Shown here: positions 1-10,680 of the stretch, in pieces | Numbering within the stretch: the stretch's first letter is position 1 | Layout of the letters: every line of letters begins with the position of its first letter | Notes under the pieces: generated by a model | The model's database searches: none | What the model was told of the DNA's origin: nothing | What the model saw: the letters and a program-made list of their open reading frames with translations, nothing else | Translations under genes and position numbers: made by a program | DNA from: Nostoc sp. DedSLP01 | GTDB taxonomy: Bacteria; Cyanobacteriota; Cyanobacteriia; Cyanobacteriales; Nostocaceae | DNA length: 64,000 nucleotides | Assembly: GCA_034530875.2 (NCBI GenBank) | Contig: JAVRCJ020000005.1 | Coordinates: forward strand, 300,662 to 364,661 | Direction of reading: 5' to 3'

Positions 1-847
1 TGTCTTTTGGATTACCGCCTCATTTCCTCTAATTGTCTCGGCGGCGGCTTGGTTGATTGCTGAATCCCCCATCACCAAAGATACTAAAGATGCTAATCAA
101 ACAAACGCCTTAACAATCAAACATCAACTGAGCCAGTTACGCCAAGCCATCACCCAAAAAACAATTTGGCTACCAACGGCATTTATATTCATTTGGCAAG
201 CGACTCCCAATGCTGACTCAGCCTTTTTCTACTTCACTACCAATGAATTACACTTTGAACCGGAATTCTTGGGACGAGTGCATTTAGTAACAAGTTTCGC
301 TTCTTTAGCAGGTGTTTGGATTTTTCAACGTTTCCTCAAAAGCATTCCTTTTCGTGTGATTTTTGTTTGGAGTACCCTGCTTTCCTCAATTTTGGGGATG
401 ACAATGCTGTTATTAGTGACTCACACGAATCGGCTGTTGGGTATAGATGACCGTTGGTTTAGTTTGGGCGATAGTCTTGTTCTCTCTGTGATGGGGAAAA
501 TTGCCTTTATGCAAGTGATGGTTCTAGCAGCAAGGCTTTGTCCTTCTGGAGTAGAAGCAACATTATTTGCCTTGTTAATGTCGGTGTTCAATTTAGGAGG
601 AAGTATTTCCCAGGCATTTGGGGCATTAATTACACATTGGTTGGGAATCACAGCAACAAATTTTGATTTGCTTTGGCTGTTGGTGCTAATTACTAACCTC
701 AGTACGCTCTTACCTTTACCGTTTGTCAATTGGCTACCCGCTGCTGAAGAGGAAATTCAGATATCAAAAGATGAGCAACAAGGATTTTTGCCTGATTTAA
801 TGTCTGGGTTAGTACTCAGAGAATCAGAGTCGGAAGTAGTTGAGTAA
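1..847 (+). CDS. Folate/biopterin (BT1 family) MFS transporter, 5'-truncated by window edge
   Basis: Hydrophobic ORF with WQATP, FYFTTNELHFEPEFLGRV and LAARLCPSGVEATLFALLMS, typical of cyanobacterial BT1 transporters; the frame is open upstream of 53. Confidence 0.85.
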   Translation, partial: VFWITASFPLIVSAAAWLIAESPITKDTKDANQTNALTIKHQLSQLRQAITQKTIWLPTAFIFIWQATPNADSAFFYFTTNELHFEPEFLGRVHLVTSFASLAGVWIFQRFLKSIPFRVIFVWSTLLSSILGMTMLLLVTHTNRLLGIDDRWFSLGDSLVLSVMGKIAFMQVMVLAARLCPSGVEATLFALLMSVFNLGGSISQAFGALITHWLGITATNFDLLWLLVLITNLSTLLPLPFVNWLPAAEEEIQISKDEQQGFLPDLMSGLVLRESESEVVE

Positions 848-1686
848 TACTTTATCTGTAGAAATTTTGTACGGTAAAAAATTTATACGTTACCGTACAG
901 ATAATTTTTATAACTTAATTTATACACGAAAAAGCACTTGAGAGTTTTGCCCACCCAAGCGCTTCTCCGTAAAAGTTTGTACCAACTCACTAGTTTGATG
1001 CAACATTTGTAATCTGCAACACTCTCTTAGGAAGGAGGATTGCGGGGATAACTTGTGACAAACATGTGGTGAAATGGTATCACTCCTTGCACTAGTTAAG
1101 AATATCTCTTCTGCGATCTAACTAATGTTCTGGTGAGTGACAGTTTGTCAACTGACACTAGTTAAAAAGGACTCATTGTGAAGAGTAGCTAAAAATACTA
1201 AACAATAATGTAGCAAATTTATAAAAAGACTATAAAAACTGAGAATTGATTGGCGATCGCCTGAGTTCGAGTAAAAATAAAATACCTCAAATTTTGCGGC
1301 AGATGTAATGTCAATGACCCGTAGTAAATTCTAATAAGGATGAGAATAAGGGGCTAAGAACTAGGAAATAATTGTTTTAACAGCTAATACTCAGTATCCA
1401 ATCTTCAATCCCCAGTACCTAATACATGAATCGACGTTCTAGGTATATGGTAAGATTAACTTCCTGGAACAGAGGTATTATCTGAGTTAAAGTCTCATAT
1501 AAATAAACTGCAAATGTCAAGCTGACAGTTGATTAGCTCCTACGAGAGTTTGACTATAGACTTGGAAAATACACAGCAAGAATGGTGACCAGCTGAGTGT
1601 AATTTGTAGAGAAAAATCTAGAATTTGCTACCAGACTTAACCAATTTCCGACAATTTTGACTTTTATTTGACTTTAGGATAGACAC

Positions 1687-2838
1687 ATGAACGATAAGCT
1701 GATGCTGATGATTCCTGGCCCAACTCCAGTGCCAGAAGCTGCTTTGCTGGCATTAGCCAAGCATCCGATTGGACACCGTACTAGTGAATTTAGCAACATC
1801 TTGGCAGAGGTGACGGAAAACCTCAAGTGGCTGCACCAAACTCAAAGTGATGTACTGATGCTGAATGTCAGCGGTACGGGTGCTGTAGAAGCCGGGATAA
1901 TTAATTTTCTCTCTCCAGGCGATCGCATTTTAGTTGGTTCTAATGGTAAGTTTGGCGAACGTTGGGTAGAAATCGGTCAGGCTTACGGTTTGAATGTAGA
2001 AGAAGTAAAGGTTGAATGGGGAAAACCTTTAGATCCCCAAGTATTTGCCGAAAAACTCCAAGCAGATAGTAAAAAAGAAATCAAAGCTGTAATTGTTACC
2101 CACAGCGAAACTTCAACAGGCGTGTTGAATGACCTAGAAACCATCAACCGCCACGTCAAAGAACACGGTGAAGCTTTAATTATTGTTGATGCCGTAACTA
2201 GCTTGGGTGCGTTCAATCTCCCCGTTGATGCCTGGGGTTTGGATGTAGTCGCTTCTGGTTCCCAAAAAGGTTATATGATTCCACCGGGATTGGGTTTCGT
2301 CTCTGTTAGTCCTAAAGCTTGGGAAGCTTACAAAACTGCGAAATTACCGAAGTATTATTTGGATTTAGGTAAATATCGCAAATCCGCAGCCAAAAATACA
2401 ACCCCATTTACTCCCCCTGTAAACATGATTTTCGCGCTGCACACTACTTTGCGAATCATGAAAGAAGAAGGCTTAGAATCAATATTTAGCAGACACGAAC
2501 GGCTGAAAAATGCTACTCGCGCTGCTATCAAAGGATTGAACTTGCCTCTATTTGCAGCAGATAGTTATGCTAGTCCGGCAATTACAGCTGTAGCGCCACA
2601 CGGAATTGAATCGGATAAAATTCGATCGTTGATAAAAAAACGTTTTGATATTGCTCTAGCAGGCGGACAAGACCATCTAAGTAACAAAATTTTCCGCATT
2701 GGTCACTTGGGTTTTGTGAGCGATCGCGATATCCTCAGCTGCATAGCATCCTTAGAAGTTACCCTCAGAGAACTTGGCTATGAAGACTTCACCCCTGGAG
2801 CAGGTGTAGCAGCAGCAGCTAAAGTCTTTACAGAATAG
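1687..2838 (+). CDS. Class V PLP aminotransferase (alanine-glyoxylate/serine-pyruvate type, 'soluble hydrogenase 42 kDa subunit')
   Basis: LMIPGPTPVP, VDAVTSLG, SGSQKG (PLP lysine) and FRIGHLG motifs. Confidence 0.92.
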   Translation: MNDKLMLMIPGPTPVPEAALLALAKHPIGHRTSEFSNILAEVTENLKWLHQTQSDVLMLNVSGTGAVEAGIINFLSPGDRILVGSNGKFGERWVEIGQAYGLNVEEVKVEWGKPLDPQVFAEKLQADSKKEIKAVIVTHSETSTGVLNDLETINRHVKEHGEALIIVDAVTSLGAFNLPVDAWGLDVVASGSQKGYMIPPGLGFVSVSPKAWEAYKTAKLPKYYLDLGKYRKSAAKNTTPFTPPVNMIFALHTTLRIMKEEGLESIFSRHERLKNATRAAIKGLNLPLFAADSYASPAITAVAPHGIESDKIRSLIKKRFDIALAGGQDHLSNKIFRIGHLGFVSDRDILSCIASLEVTLRELGYEDFTPGAGVAAAAKVFTE

Positions 2839-2882
2839 TCATTAGACATTGGGCATTGTCAATCAACAATTAGACTAATGAC

Positions 2883-2934
2883 ATACAAATAAAAAGAGCG
2901 AGTTAATGATTTTACTCGCTCTTTTTATTTGTAT
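2883..2934. terminator. Bidirectional intrinsic terminator
   Basis: 21-bp inverted repeat ATACAAATAAAAAGAGCGAGT...ACTCGCTCTTTTTATTTGTAT with A/T runs on both sides, between convergent genes. Confidence 0.8.
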
Positions 2935-3125
2935 ATAAATGAGTAAAAACCGCTAGAGATAATTTTGCCATATATCAACCTTTGGATAAGTTAGAGTGGA
3001 TATGACATACCTCAATTCTTTTGAATGAGCTATTCATAAACTACCCTCGGTTTAATTTACAGCCAGTTAATAACCAACAAACTAGCACGATCGCCTTTCC
3101 TCCTTTTGAGTTTTAAATGACCAAA

Positions 3126-3317
3126 CTATGCAGTTTCTAGCCAATCATAAATTTGCTCTAACTGCTCTAGAGTAATCAATCCATACTGCCAAAGAATCAT
3201 TGGTAAAGGCCCTGGATCTTGCTCTCGATGGCGGAGTGCCACTGCTAGTGAAGCTGTGGAAATTGCCATATCTTCTTGCAAAAAATGAATAAGTCGAGAA
3301 TATTTCGATGGTGACAT
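3126..3317 (-). CDS. DUF2949 family small protein
   Basis: LIHFLQEDMAI...GPLPMILWQYGLITLEQLEQIYDWLE; ATG at 3317 preceded by a GGAGG SD. Confidence 0.85.
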   Translation of the reverse strand: MSPSKYSRLIHFLQEDMAISTASLAVALRHREQDPGPLPMILWQYGLITLEQLEQIYDWLETA

Positions 3318-3830
3318 TTGTATCTCACCTCCTTGTGCAGAATGTATTGTCATATATCAGTTCACCATTAGTTGCTAGCCACTAGCCAATATTCGATCTG
3401 TCACTATGCCGCTATGAGCCATATATCTATACCCAATCTTCTCAATCTGCTTGAAAAATAGGCTTTTTATGAGAATTTGGGAAATCAAAATTTGTAAAAG
3501 TTATTTGCTTGAGATTCAAGTAGTATTTTTACCTAGTTAAACTGACTCCTTCTTATTTACTTTTGTGCTTGAGTTAATTACACATCTAGTTATCAAGATT
3601 CCATAGCCTATACTCACCTATCGGCAACTATTTACACTTACGTCTAAGGGAATATTTTTACAACCAAACCTTAAAACTGCGGTTTCAGCTTTAAGACGAT
3701 GGAATTTTACACGATCGCCACAGTTTTTAAATATTAGCCTCACAATTGAGTTTTTACCACATTAAGTCACTTTTTTTACAAAAAAAACATAGATTTTGAT
3801 ACTTAGAGCTGGAAACAAACCACCAGAGTC

Positions 3831-4337
3831 TCAAGGCTCAATTTTGATAGTATCCCCTACTTTTAAATTTAATTCGGCTGCTCGTCCAGACCGAAGTTCA
3901 ATCACCTTGTCGATTGGTGTATTGGGGCCATAAGTAGGACAAGGTTCATTAGCACAAGGGGGTGCAGCAGGTTGAATATATTTAACTACGCCATTCTGTA
4001 GAAATACCATATCTAAAGCTACAGGTACATTCTTCATCCAAAAACTGACTGGTTGTGCTGAAGGAAACGGAAACAACATTCCCCGGTCATCTGGCAAAGC
4101 TGGTCTATACATTAACCCCATCGCCTGCTGTTTTGCCGTCTTTGCCACTTCTAGCTGAATCGTTGTGCCATTAGGAAGAATAGCTTTGGCAGTAATTGGT
4201 AGTTTTTGACCTAAATTCTCTGGTGGTGGAGTTTGAGAATTAGATGTGGAGTTTGAAGGTATAGCTGTGGTTGGCATAGAACAACCCATCAGTAAAATAC
4301 TTAGTAACATTGAGAGCAAGCTTAGGCAACGACTCAT
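3831..4337 (-). CDS. DUF192 family lipoprotein
   Basis: Signal peptide ending LMGC; QQAMGLMYR, GMLF, FWMKNV motifs. Confidence 0.9.
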   Translation of the reverse strand: MSRCLSLLSMLLSILLMGCSMPTTAIPSNSTSNSQTPPPENLGQKLPITAKAILPNGTTIQLEVAKTAKQQAMGLMYRPALPDDRGMLFPFPSAQPVSFWMKNVPVALDMVFLQNGVVKYIQPAAPPCANEPCPTYGPNTPIDKVIELRSGRAAELNLKVGDTIKIEP

Positions 4338-4445
4338 ATAATTTTTTGATTCTGTAATTTAGATTTCAATTTTACAGAATATATCCGATTTTGGATTTAA
4401 AATTTGAAAATTTTGGATTGGGAATCGCTTTCTACATCTACTTTC

Positions 4446-4618
4446 TAAGTAGGTCAGCCCAATTAAAGCTAACTGGCATAGGTTATCATTTGTCCTGCGT
4501 TCAAATTCTCAGCAAAGGGAACCTTTGCTGAGAATTTGCACTTTGCGATTGTTGATTAATAGGGGTTTGAAGTCTGCTTAGGCTTCGTAACATAATTTAA
4601 TTTATTGTCGCCGACTTA
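4446..4618. mobile_element. MITE-like element with imperfect TAAGT(A)GG terminal inverted repeats and an internal 17-bp perfect hairpin (4502-4538)
   Basis: Left end TAAGTAGGTCAGCCCAATTAAA, right end TTTATTGTCGCCGACTTA; related ends at 8486-8616 and 15211-15232. Confidence 0.5.
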
Positions 4619-4736
4619 ACGATCTATACGTCTGTGGCAATTATTTTTGATTAAATAGACCATTATTAAGTCACGACCTAAATACAGCGACTATTTAAAA
4701 TAATACTTTTGAGTTTTGACTTTTGCCTTGCGGTAC

Positions 4737-5423
4737 TTAGGATTCTCTCAAAACGTAGCCGACGCCCCGCACTGTTTGTATGAGGCGCTTTTGACCTTCA
4801 TCTTCAATTTTTAAACGCAAGTAGCGGATGTATACTTCAATTACATTCGATTCACCGAGAAAGTCGTAACCCCAAACATTTTCTAAAATTTGTTCGCGGG
4901 TTAGAACTTCACGGGGATGTTCCATTAAGAATTTTAATAGTTCAAATTCCTTCATTGTCAAGTCAATTGCCCGTCCGTTGTGTATGGCGCGGCGAGTTGC
5001 TATGTCTAAAATCAAATCCCCAAAGCGTAATTGCTCTGTGGTATCCACATCCGGTTTTAAGTAGAGGCGAATTAACTTTAAAAAGTCTTCTGACCGATAA
5101 GGCTTGAGGATGTAATCATCAGCTCCAGCTTCTAGACAAGCTACGCGATCGTCAACTGTATCCCTTGCCATTAAAATTAACACAGGCGATCGCACCCCAG
5201 TGCTTCTGAGATTTTTGCACAATGAGAGTCCTGATTCACCTGCTAGCATCCGGTCTAAAACAATTAAAGCAGGCTGGCGATCGCGACAGTATTGCAATCC
5301 ACTAGTCGCATCATGAGCCAAAACTGATTCATAGCCGGCTTCTTGCAAATCGCAAGCAAGCTGATTTGCTAGGTTCTCATCGGTTTCAATCACCAAAACA
5401 CAGGGACTTTGAGCAACTGTCAT
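4737..5423 (-). CDS. nblR: OmpR-family response regulator NblR
   Basis: Atypical receiver N-terminus (VLVIETDENLANQL), winged-helix C-terminus (IQTVRGVGYVLRE), directly downstream of NAD kinase. Confidence 0.8.
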   Translation of the reverse strand: MTVAQSPCVLVIETDENLANQLACDLQEAGYESVLAHDATSGLQYCRDRQPALIVLDRMLAGESGLSLCKNLRSTGVRSPVLILMARDTVDDRVACLEAGADDYILKPYRSEDFLKLIRLYLKPDVDTTEQLRFGDLILDIATRRAIHNGRAIDLTMKEFELLKFLMEHPREVLTREQILENVWGYDFLGESNVIEVYIRYLRLKIEDEGQKRLIQTVRGVGYVLRES

Positions 5424-5776
5424 AACAATTGAGGATATTGGATTTGGATTGTAAAAACGTTTTCGAGGAAGTCTTTACATCTGTATAAAAGTGCAATTAC
5501 GAGTTTCTAAAGATGGAACAATCCCGAGCGATCGCGTTACTTAGGATGTTTTAACACGTTCGGGTATGAACCACCGAATTCTCAAGTGCAATCTTAATAA
5601 CTAACTCCAAATACCATCCTGACACCACTAATTCTGGAAGGAAACCCCGAAATGGGGTATGGGGATATGGGGAGAGATGAGGAGATGGGGAAGTATGGGG
5701 AGAGAGGAGAAAGATTTCTCCCCCATCTCCTCACACCTCCCACACTCCAATGCCCCATGCCCCATGCCCTATGACA

Positions 5777-5819
5777 GCAGTTGCTTCAAGCCGGGAAACC
5801 CGTCCAACGCACTGCCTCC
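5777..5819. repeat. 43-nt small dispersed repeat embedded in ATGCCCC heptamer tract
   Basis: Near reverse complement of 35806-35848. Confidence 0.75.
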
Positions 5820-5833
5820 CCTATGCCCAATAA

Positions 5834-6751
5834 TTACGGCAATTCTACCGAAGTTGGTTTGGCTATATGCGGCAAACCCCAACCTAATTTTTCTCGCAAA
5901 ATTCGGAAAAACTCTGGCGATTGTAGGCGAATAAATCGGACACTATATTGCGATCGCTCTATATGTACTCGATCCTCTGGAAGTACATAGCACCCACCAT
6001 TACCATCCACCACCATTACCATTCGCGGAATATTGACTGGGTAGATGTTGACCGATTCTGTGTCTGGAAATACTAATGCTCTAGAAGCTAGGGAATGCGG
6101 GCAAATCGGTACTAGCTGTAGAGCCGGTACACCAGGAGTCACTACTGGGCCGCCAGCACTTAATGAATAGGCTGTAGAACCAGTAGGTGTGGAAACAATC
6201 ACACCATCCGCGGCAATATCTACTGGCGCGTGACGCCCGATGGCAATTTCAAAATGGCACATAGAAGTCAAAGGCTCCCGATGTAGCACCATTTCATTCA
6301 AGCACAGAGCTTCCCACAGTAATGAATCTCCCCGAAGCACTTGCACTGTGAGCATGGCTCGTTCTTCAATTTCATACTCACCCGCCATCACCTGCTCTAA
6401 TGCTTGAGGCAATTGATTGAGGAAAGCTTCCGTCAAAAATCCCATGTGGCCGGTATTCACTGTTAACAGTGGAATACCACAGGGAGCTACTTGACGAGAT
6501 GCTGCTAAAACAGTGCCATCTCCTCCTAACACCACTGCAAATTTCATCTCTGAGTCAAAACCAGGCGGTGTCAGCCCGTCTAAAGGGGTGTGGCATACAG
6601 GACTCTCAGGGGTAGAGTAGCCCAATATGCCACCGATACTCGATGTGAGACACACATCCCAACCGGCAGCGGTTAGCTTGTCTTTTAACTCGATAGCGAC
6701 ACGACCCGCTATCGGTTTAACGTCATTGTAGATAATGCCTGCTTTCGGCAC
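5834..6751 (-). CDS. nadK: NAD(+) kinase
   Basis: [33 protein letters not shown] motifs; probable GTG start at 6751. Confidence 0.93.
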   Translation of the reverse strand: MPKAGIIYNDVKPIAGRVAIELKDKLTAAGWDVCLTSSIGGILGYSTPESPVCHTPLDGLTPPGFDSEMKFAVVLGGDGTVLAASRQVAPCGIPLLTVNTGHMGFLTEAFLNQLPQALEQVMAGEYEIEERAMLTVQVLRGDSLLWEALCLNEMVLHREPLTSMCHFEIAIGRHAPVDIAADGVIVSTPTGSTAYSLSAGGPVVTPGVPALQLVPICPHSLASRALVFPDTESVNIYPVNIPRMVMVVDGNGGCYVLPEDRVHIERSQYSVRFIRLQSPEFFRILREKLGWGLPHIAKPTSVELP

Positions 6752-6915
6752 ACTTAAATATCCAGGTTTCGGCAATGCTCTGTATTCTGTAATCGTTACA
6801 CATTTTTGGTCATGTAGTCATTAATTTAGCTAAATGAGCTACAAACCTCTGCTGTGCTGCAAGGATTAGCGCCAGCTACTTGAGAGTCAAATATTTATAT
6901 TCCAGAGTCTACTGG

Positions 6916-7914
6916 CTATTGACTATTGGCTTTTGAAGATTGTTTAAAAGGACTTTTTTTAGATTTCTGCTTTTTAGTTTTATTTTTTTCGTAGTCTAAC
7001 TCTTTGAGCTTCTTCATAATTCGGCTGAAGTACTCTTGGAGATAACTTTCTAGAGTTGTAGTTTGTTCTTTATCTAAGCCAAATACTTTGTAAGCTTCAT
7101 CCATTGAAGCATTTAACGGTTTTCCACTAGCCAATACTTCTGTAAATGCTAGCCTGTCGGCGACATTCCATCCCCATTGAAAGAAGCGCATGAAGTTCCG
7201 CACGGCGCGCAGTAAATTTATTGGCATCCGTGTGACTCTGGCTTCTTTTCCAGATAAGCGTTCGCACAAACCAATGATTTCTTCTGCACTCCACGCACGA
7301 GTACCTACTACTGGAAAAGCTTTGTTTTCTGTTTCTGGCACGCTCAATGCTCGAATCGCAAATTTAGCGATATCCTGAGTGTCCATGTAGGCGATGGGAG
7401 AAGATTGACCAGTTACCCAGACTGGCTGTCCTTCTAAAATGGGAATCCCGTATTGACCGATTAACCCTTGCATAAAACCAGCTAGCCGCAAGATGGTGTA
7501 ATTTAAGCCAGACTCAGCCAAGAAAAGTTCTGTACACCGCTTAATTTCCATCAGTGGCACTTCTGGGTATTTCTCGGCATCTAAAATCGAAAAGAAGATG
7601 AAACGCTCTACACCCGCTGCCTTTGCAGCTTGAATCAGTGCTACTTTGCCGTCCCAGTCTACTTGTTTGATGCTTAGCGAATCTGTAGGCCGAGATGTTG
7701 AGGCATCAATAACTTGGGTGACTCCTTGTAATGCTTCTGCTAGGGTGTCTGGATAACGCAAACTTCCCGACACAAGTTCTGCACCCCATTCTTTAAGAAA
7801 AGCTGCTTTTTTAGTACTGCGGACTAGACAGCGTACTTTATATCCCTCATCGATAGCACGACGAGCCACTTGTCTTCCTAAGGTGCCAGTGGCACCGACG
7901 ATTAATAATGTCAT
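6916..7914 (-). CDS. ycf39: Ycf39-like NAD(P)-binding atypical SDR (PSII assembly)
   Basis: LLIVGATGTLGRQVARRA, FLKEWGAELV, WNVADRLAF. Confidence 0.85.
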   Translation of the reverse strand: MTLLIVGATGTLGRQVARRAIDEGYKVRCLVRSTKKAAFLKEWGAELVSGSLRYPDTLAEALQGVTQVIDASTSRPTDSLSIKQVDWDGKVALIQAAKAAGVERFIFFSILDAEKYPEVPLMEIKRCTELFLAESGLNYTILRLAGFMQGLIGQYGIPILEGQPVWVTGQSSPIAYMDTQDIAKFAIRALSVPETENKAFPVVGTRAWSAEEIIGLCERLSGKEARVTRMPINLLRAVRNFMRFFQWGWNVADRLAFTEVLASGKPLNASMDEAYKVFGLDKEQTTTLESYLQEYFSRIMKKLKELDYEKNKTKKQKSKKSPFKQSSKANSQ

Positions 7915-8078
7915 GAGGGTTGTAATATATCTTAATGTTTTATGAAAAGAATCTTATCAGAATAATCTTATGTAAACAAAAGTTTACATTTTTTTCAGAA
8001 AATCTATTGAATTGGAGGCAAACATGAGAAAATTGCTGTCCGGTTGGCGGACAAGCTTTTTTCTCAGTTAGGGGTGAA

Positions 8079-8111
<33 letters not shown>

Positions 8112-8176
8112 GGAGATGAGGGGGATAGGGAGAATTCTTATAACTCCTAACTCAGCATTCAACACTGAGGACTCAA

Positions 8177-8281
8177 TTATTCTTCTCCGCCTTGAATTTT
8201 TAGTAACAATGCGCCTAAGCCCCAGCCGACGAAGATTAAACCGAAGGACAATAGAGCTGCATTCAAAATTTCGGCGCCCAT
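8177..8281 (-). CDS. petM: Cytochrome b6f subunit PetM (34 aa; not in ORF track)
   Basis: Manual translation [34 protein letters not shown], with AAGGAG SD upstream. Confidence 0.93.
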   Translation of the reverse strand: MGAEILNAALLSFGLIFVGWGLGALLLKIQGGEE

Positions 8282-8485
8282 TGGTGTGATTCTCCTTATG
8301 GTAAGTTGGTCAGTGTAAAGATGGTCTACCAGAGCTTTTTGATAGTTGCTGTGGCATTAGACCTGTGTAAATAATTCTAAACTACTTTAGCAGGTAATCC
8401 CTACTGGTTTTAGAGGCAATCTCTCTACTATGGAGAGGGGATAAGGGAGATGGGGAGATAAGGGAGATGAGGGAGAATTGGATGG

Positions 8486-8616
8486 TAAGTAGGTCGGTGT
8501 TGAAAATTATCGTTATGGCAAGGCAGGAGGCAGAGGGCAGAAGGCAGGAGGGAAGAGCTTTTTGGGCAACTTTACTTTTCGTTACATACTTTAATTTTTT
8601 TACGCCATTCTACTTA
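8486..8616. mobile_element. MITE-like element with TAAGTAG...CTACTTA terminal inverted repeats
   Basis: Left TAAGTAGGTCGGTGTTGAAAATTA matches the reverse complement of the right end, TAAGTAGAATGGCGTAAAAAAATTA; no coding capacity. Confidence 0.6.
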
Positions 8617-8632
8617 ATTCCGAACAAGTCTT

Positions 8633-9724
8633 ATGTATTCAAATAATCAAGGTAGTTTACAAAATTTTGGCCAACAGAATCGCCCGCGCTTAGCGCTGAC
8701 AGTGGGAGATCCTGCGGGAATTGGGCCAGAGGTGATTTTAAAAGCTTTAACAGATGCGGAAATAAATCAAAAATACGAGGTTACTGTGGTAGGTAACCGA
8801 GATTTATTGACAAAGACTTATCACACGCTAAATTTAAGTCAAAATTTAGCACCTTTAGTAAATCCAGATCTGTTGTCAGTAATTGATGTGCCGCTGAAGG
8901 AAGAAATTAAAGCTCAAATTGTCTCAGGAGAAGGTAATGCAGCTAGCGGTGCGGCTAGTTTTGCTTATATGGAATATGCGATCGCTCAAACACTGGCTGG
9001 TAAGTTTGATGCTATCGTCACCGGGCCGATCGCTAAATCTGCTTGGAAAGCCGCAGGGTATAATTATCCAGGGCAAACGGAACTGCTAGCACAAATGTCT
9101 GGTGTCAAGCGCTTTGGTATGTTATTCGTAGCGCGATCGCCTCATACTCATTGGACGCTCCGAGCTTTACTTGCTACCACACATATTCCTTTATGTCAAG
9201 TGCCTGAGATATTGACACCGCAGTTGTTGACAGAGAAACTGGATTTGCTGGTGGAGTGCTTAAAGCAAGACTTTGGCATAGAGAAAGCGAGAATTGCGAT
9301 CGCTGGTTTAAATCCCCATAGTGGCGAACAGGGACAATTAGGACGTGAGGAAGCAGATTGGTTAATTCCTTGGTTAGAGCAAGAGCGCCAAAACAGGCCA
9401 CAATTGCAATTAGACGGGCCGATACCGCCAGATACGATGTGGGTTAAACCCGGTCAAGCTTGGTATGGAAATTCTCAGATTCAAAATCCGGCTGATGCTT
9501 ACCTGGCACTTTACCACGACCAAGGCTTAATTCCTGTGAAATTGATGGCGTTTGATAGAGCAGTTAATACTTCTATCGGTCTTCCTTTTGTACGCACTTC
9601 ACCAGATCATGGAACAGCATTTGATATTGCAGGTAACGGAATTGCTGATGCTACGAGTATGAAAGCAGCGATAGATTTAGCGGCTGAGTTAGTTAGTCAA
9701 AGGTTGGGGACGGGTCGTGGTTAA
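8633..9724 (+). CDS. pdxA: 4-hydroxythreonine-4-phosphate dehydrogenase PdxA
   Basis: [42 protein letters not shown]. Confidence 0.95.
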   Translation: MYSNNQGSLQNFGQQNRPRLALTVGDPAGIGPEVILKALTDAEINQKYEVTVVGNRDLLTKTYHTLNLSQNLAPLVNPDLLSVIDVPLKEEIKAQIVSGEGNAASGAASFAYMEYAIAQTLAGKFDAIVTGPIAKSAWKAAGYNYPGQTELLAQMSGVKRFGMLFVARSPHTHWTLRALLATTHIPLCQVPEILTPQLLTEKLDLLVECLKQDFGIEKARIAIAGLNPHSGEQGQLGREEADWLIPWLEQERQNRPQLQLDGPIPPDTMWVKPGQAWYGNSQIQNPADAYLALYHDQGLIPVKLMAFDRAVNTSIGLPFVRTSPDHGTAFDIAGNGIADATSMKAAIDLAAELVSQRLGTGRG

Positions 9725-9763
9725 AAGCTATTTGTCGCAATACTTACTAGGAGTAATCCTTAC

Positions 9764-9994
9764 TTGAATTTTGAAATTATCGGAGACATCACCAATATTG
9801 AAACAATTGCTGTTAGTAACTCCATTCGTGAACTTGAACGCTTGCGTAAAACTTATGGTTCAGGAAGGTGGCGGAAACTTAAAGGTTTTGCAACCATTAG
9901 CTTAGACGACGAAAGCATTTATGAAGCTGAGTTACACTGGTATGAAGCCCACGGAATTGGTAAGAAAGAAATTAAAATAAAACGCTTTCTATAG
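9764..9994 (+). CDS. Small basic hypothetical protein, first gene of a putative toxin-antitoxin-like pair
   Basis: AGGAG SD before TTG; RLRKTYGSGRWRKLKG...AELHWYEAHGIGKKEIKIK. Confidence 0.65.
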   Translation: MNFEIIGDITNIETIAVSNSIRELERLRKTYGSGRWRKLKGFATISLDDESIYEAELHWYEAHGIGKKEIKIKRFL

Positions 9995-10002
9995 GAGTCG
10001 TT

Positions 10003-10236
10003 ATGCAGTCAGCGAACACAGAAACTCAATATGTTGTTTGCATTAGCAACAAAGATTATCCTGCTTCTTTAGAAATTCGGAAAATTTACCAGACTGTTCC
10101 TGATTCTGATGCTGGTAAGCACCGAATGATTAGAGTGATTGATGAATCAGGTGAAGACTATTTATACCCTAGCAATTATTTCGTATTGATTGAATTACCA
10201 AAAGCTGTTGCAGAAGCTTTTTCCCTGGCTAGTTAA
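10003..10236 (+). CDS. Small acidic hypothetical protein, second gene of the pair
   Basis: AGGAG SD at the upstream stop codon; IRVIDESGEDYLYP motif. Confidence 0.7.
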   Translation: MQSANTETQYVVCISNKDYPASLEIRKIYQTVPDSDAGKHRMIRVIDESGEDYLYPSNYFVLIELPKAVAEAFSLAS

Positions 10237-10680
10237 AATTTAATTAAGTTATTTACTAATTTTGAGTGAAACTAATTTGCATATCACAGTATTTTAAAAG
10301 TATATGTGAAAATTCTAATTTATTACTTTAGCCCTTTGGCTTGAGCCTCGAAGCCGTTTACTAGTTTCAAGTAAAGGCAATTTATGAATACCAGTCATCT
10401 GTTTTTCGGGCGACTGGTATTTATTTTTTGTGTTTTTTGATTTAGAGAAAGAATAGGCTAACGCCTAAAAAAAAAGAAAAAATAAAGAGTTTTACTCCAA
10501 TAGTTGTGGTGTCAATACGTCTTTAAATATTTTTCTTAAACACTTCGTGTTGTAGCGAAAATTGAACCGACTAACACCTTAGAAATGTGAGGAAATCTAG
10601 TTTTTTCGTGGTTGAGTCGATAGGACTTCCTTTTTTTGTTCATTTTGGGTTGAAGAGTTTTTGATTTTTAGGAGTTAATT

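Noticed and set aside
5659..5990. Plus-strand ORFs 5659-5934 and 5781-5990
   Set aside because: Translate STRR/dispersed repeats and overlap nadK antisense.
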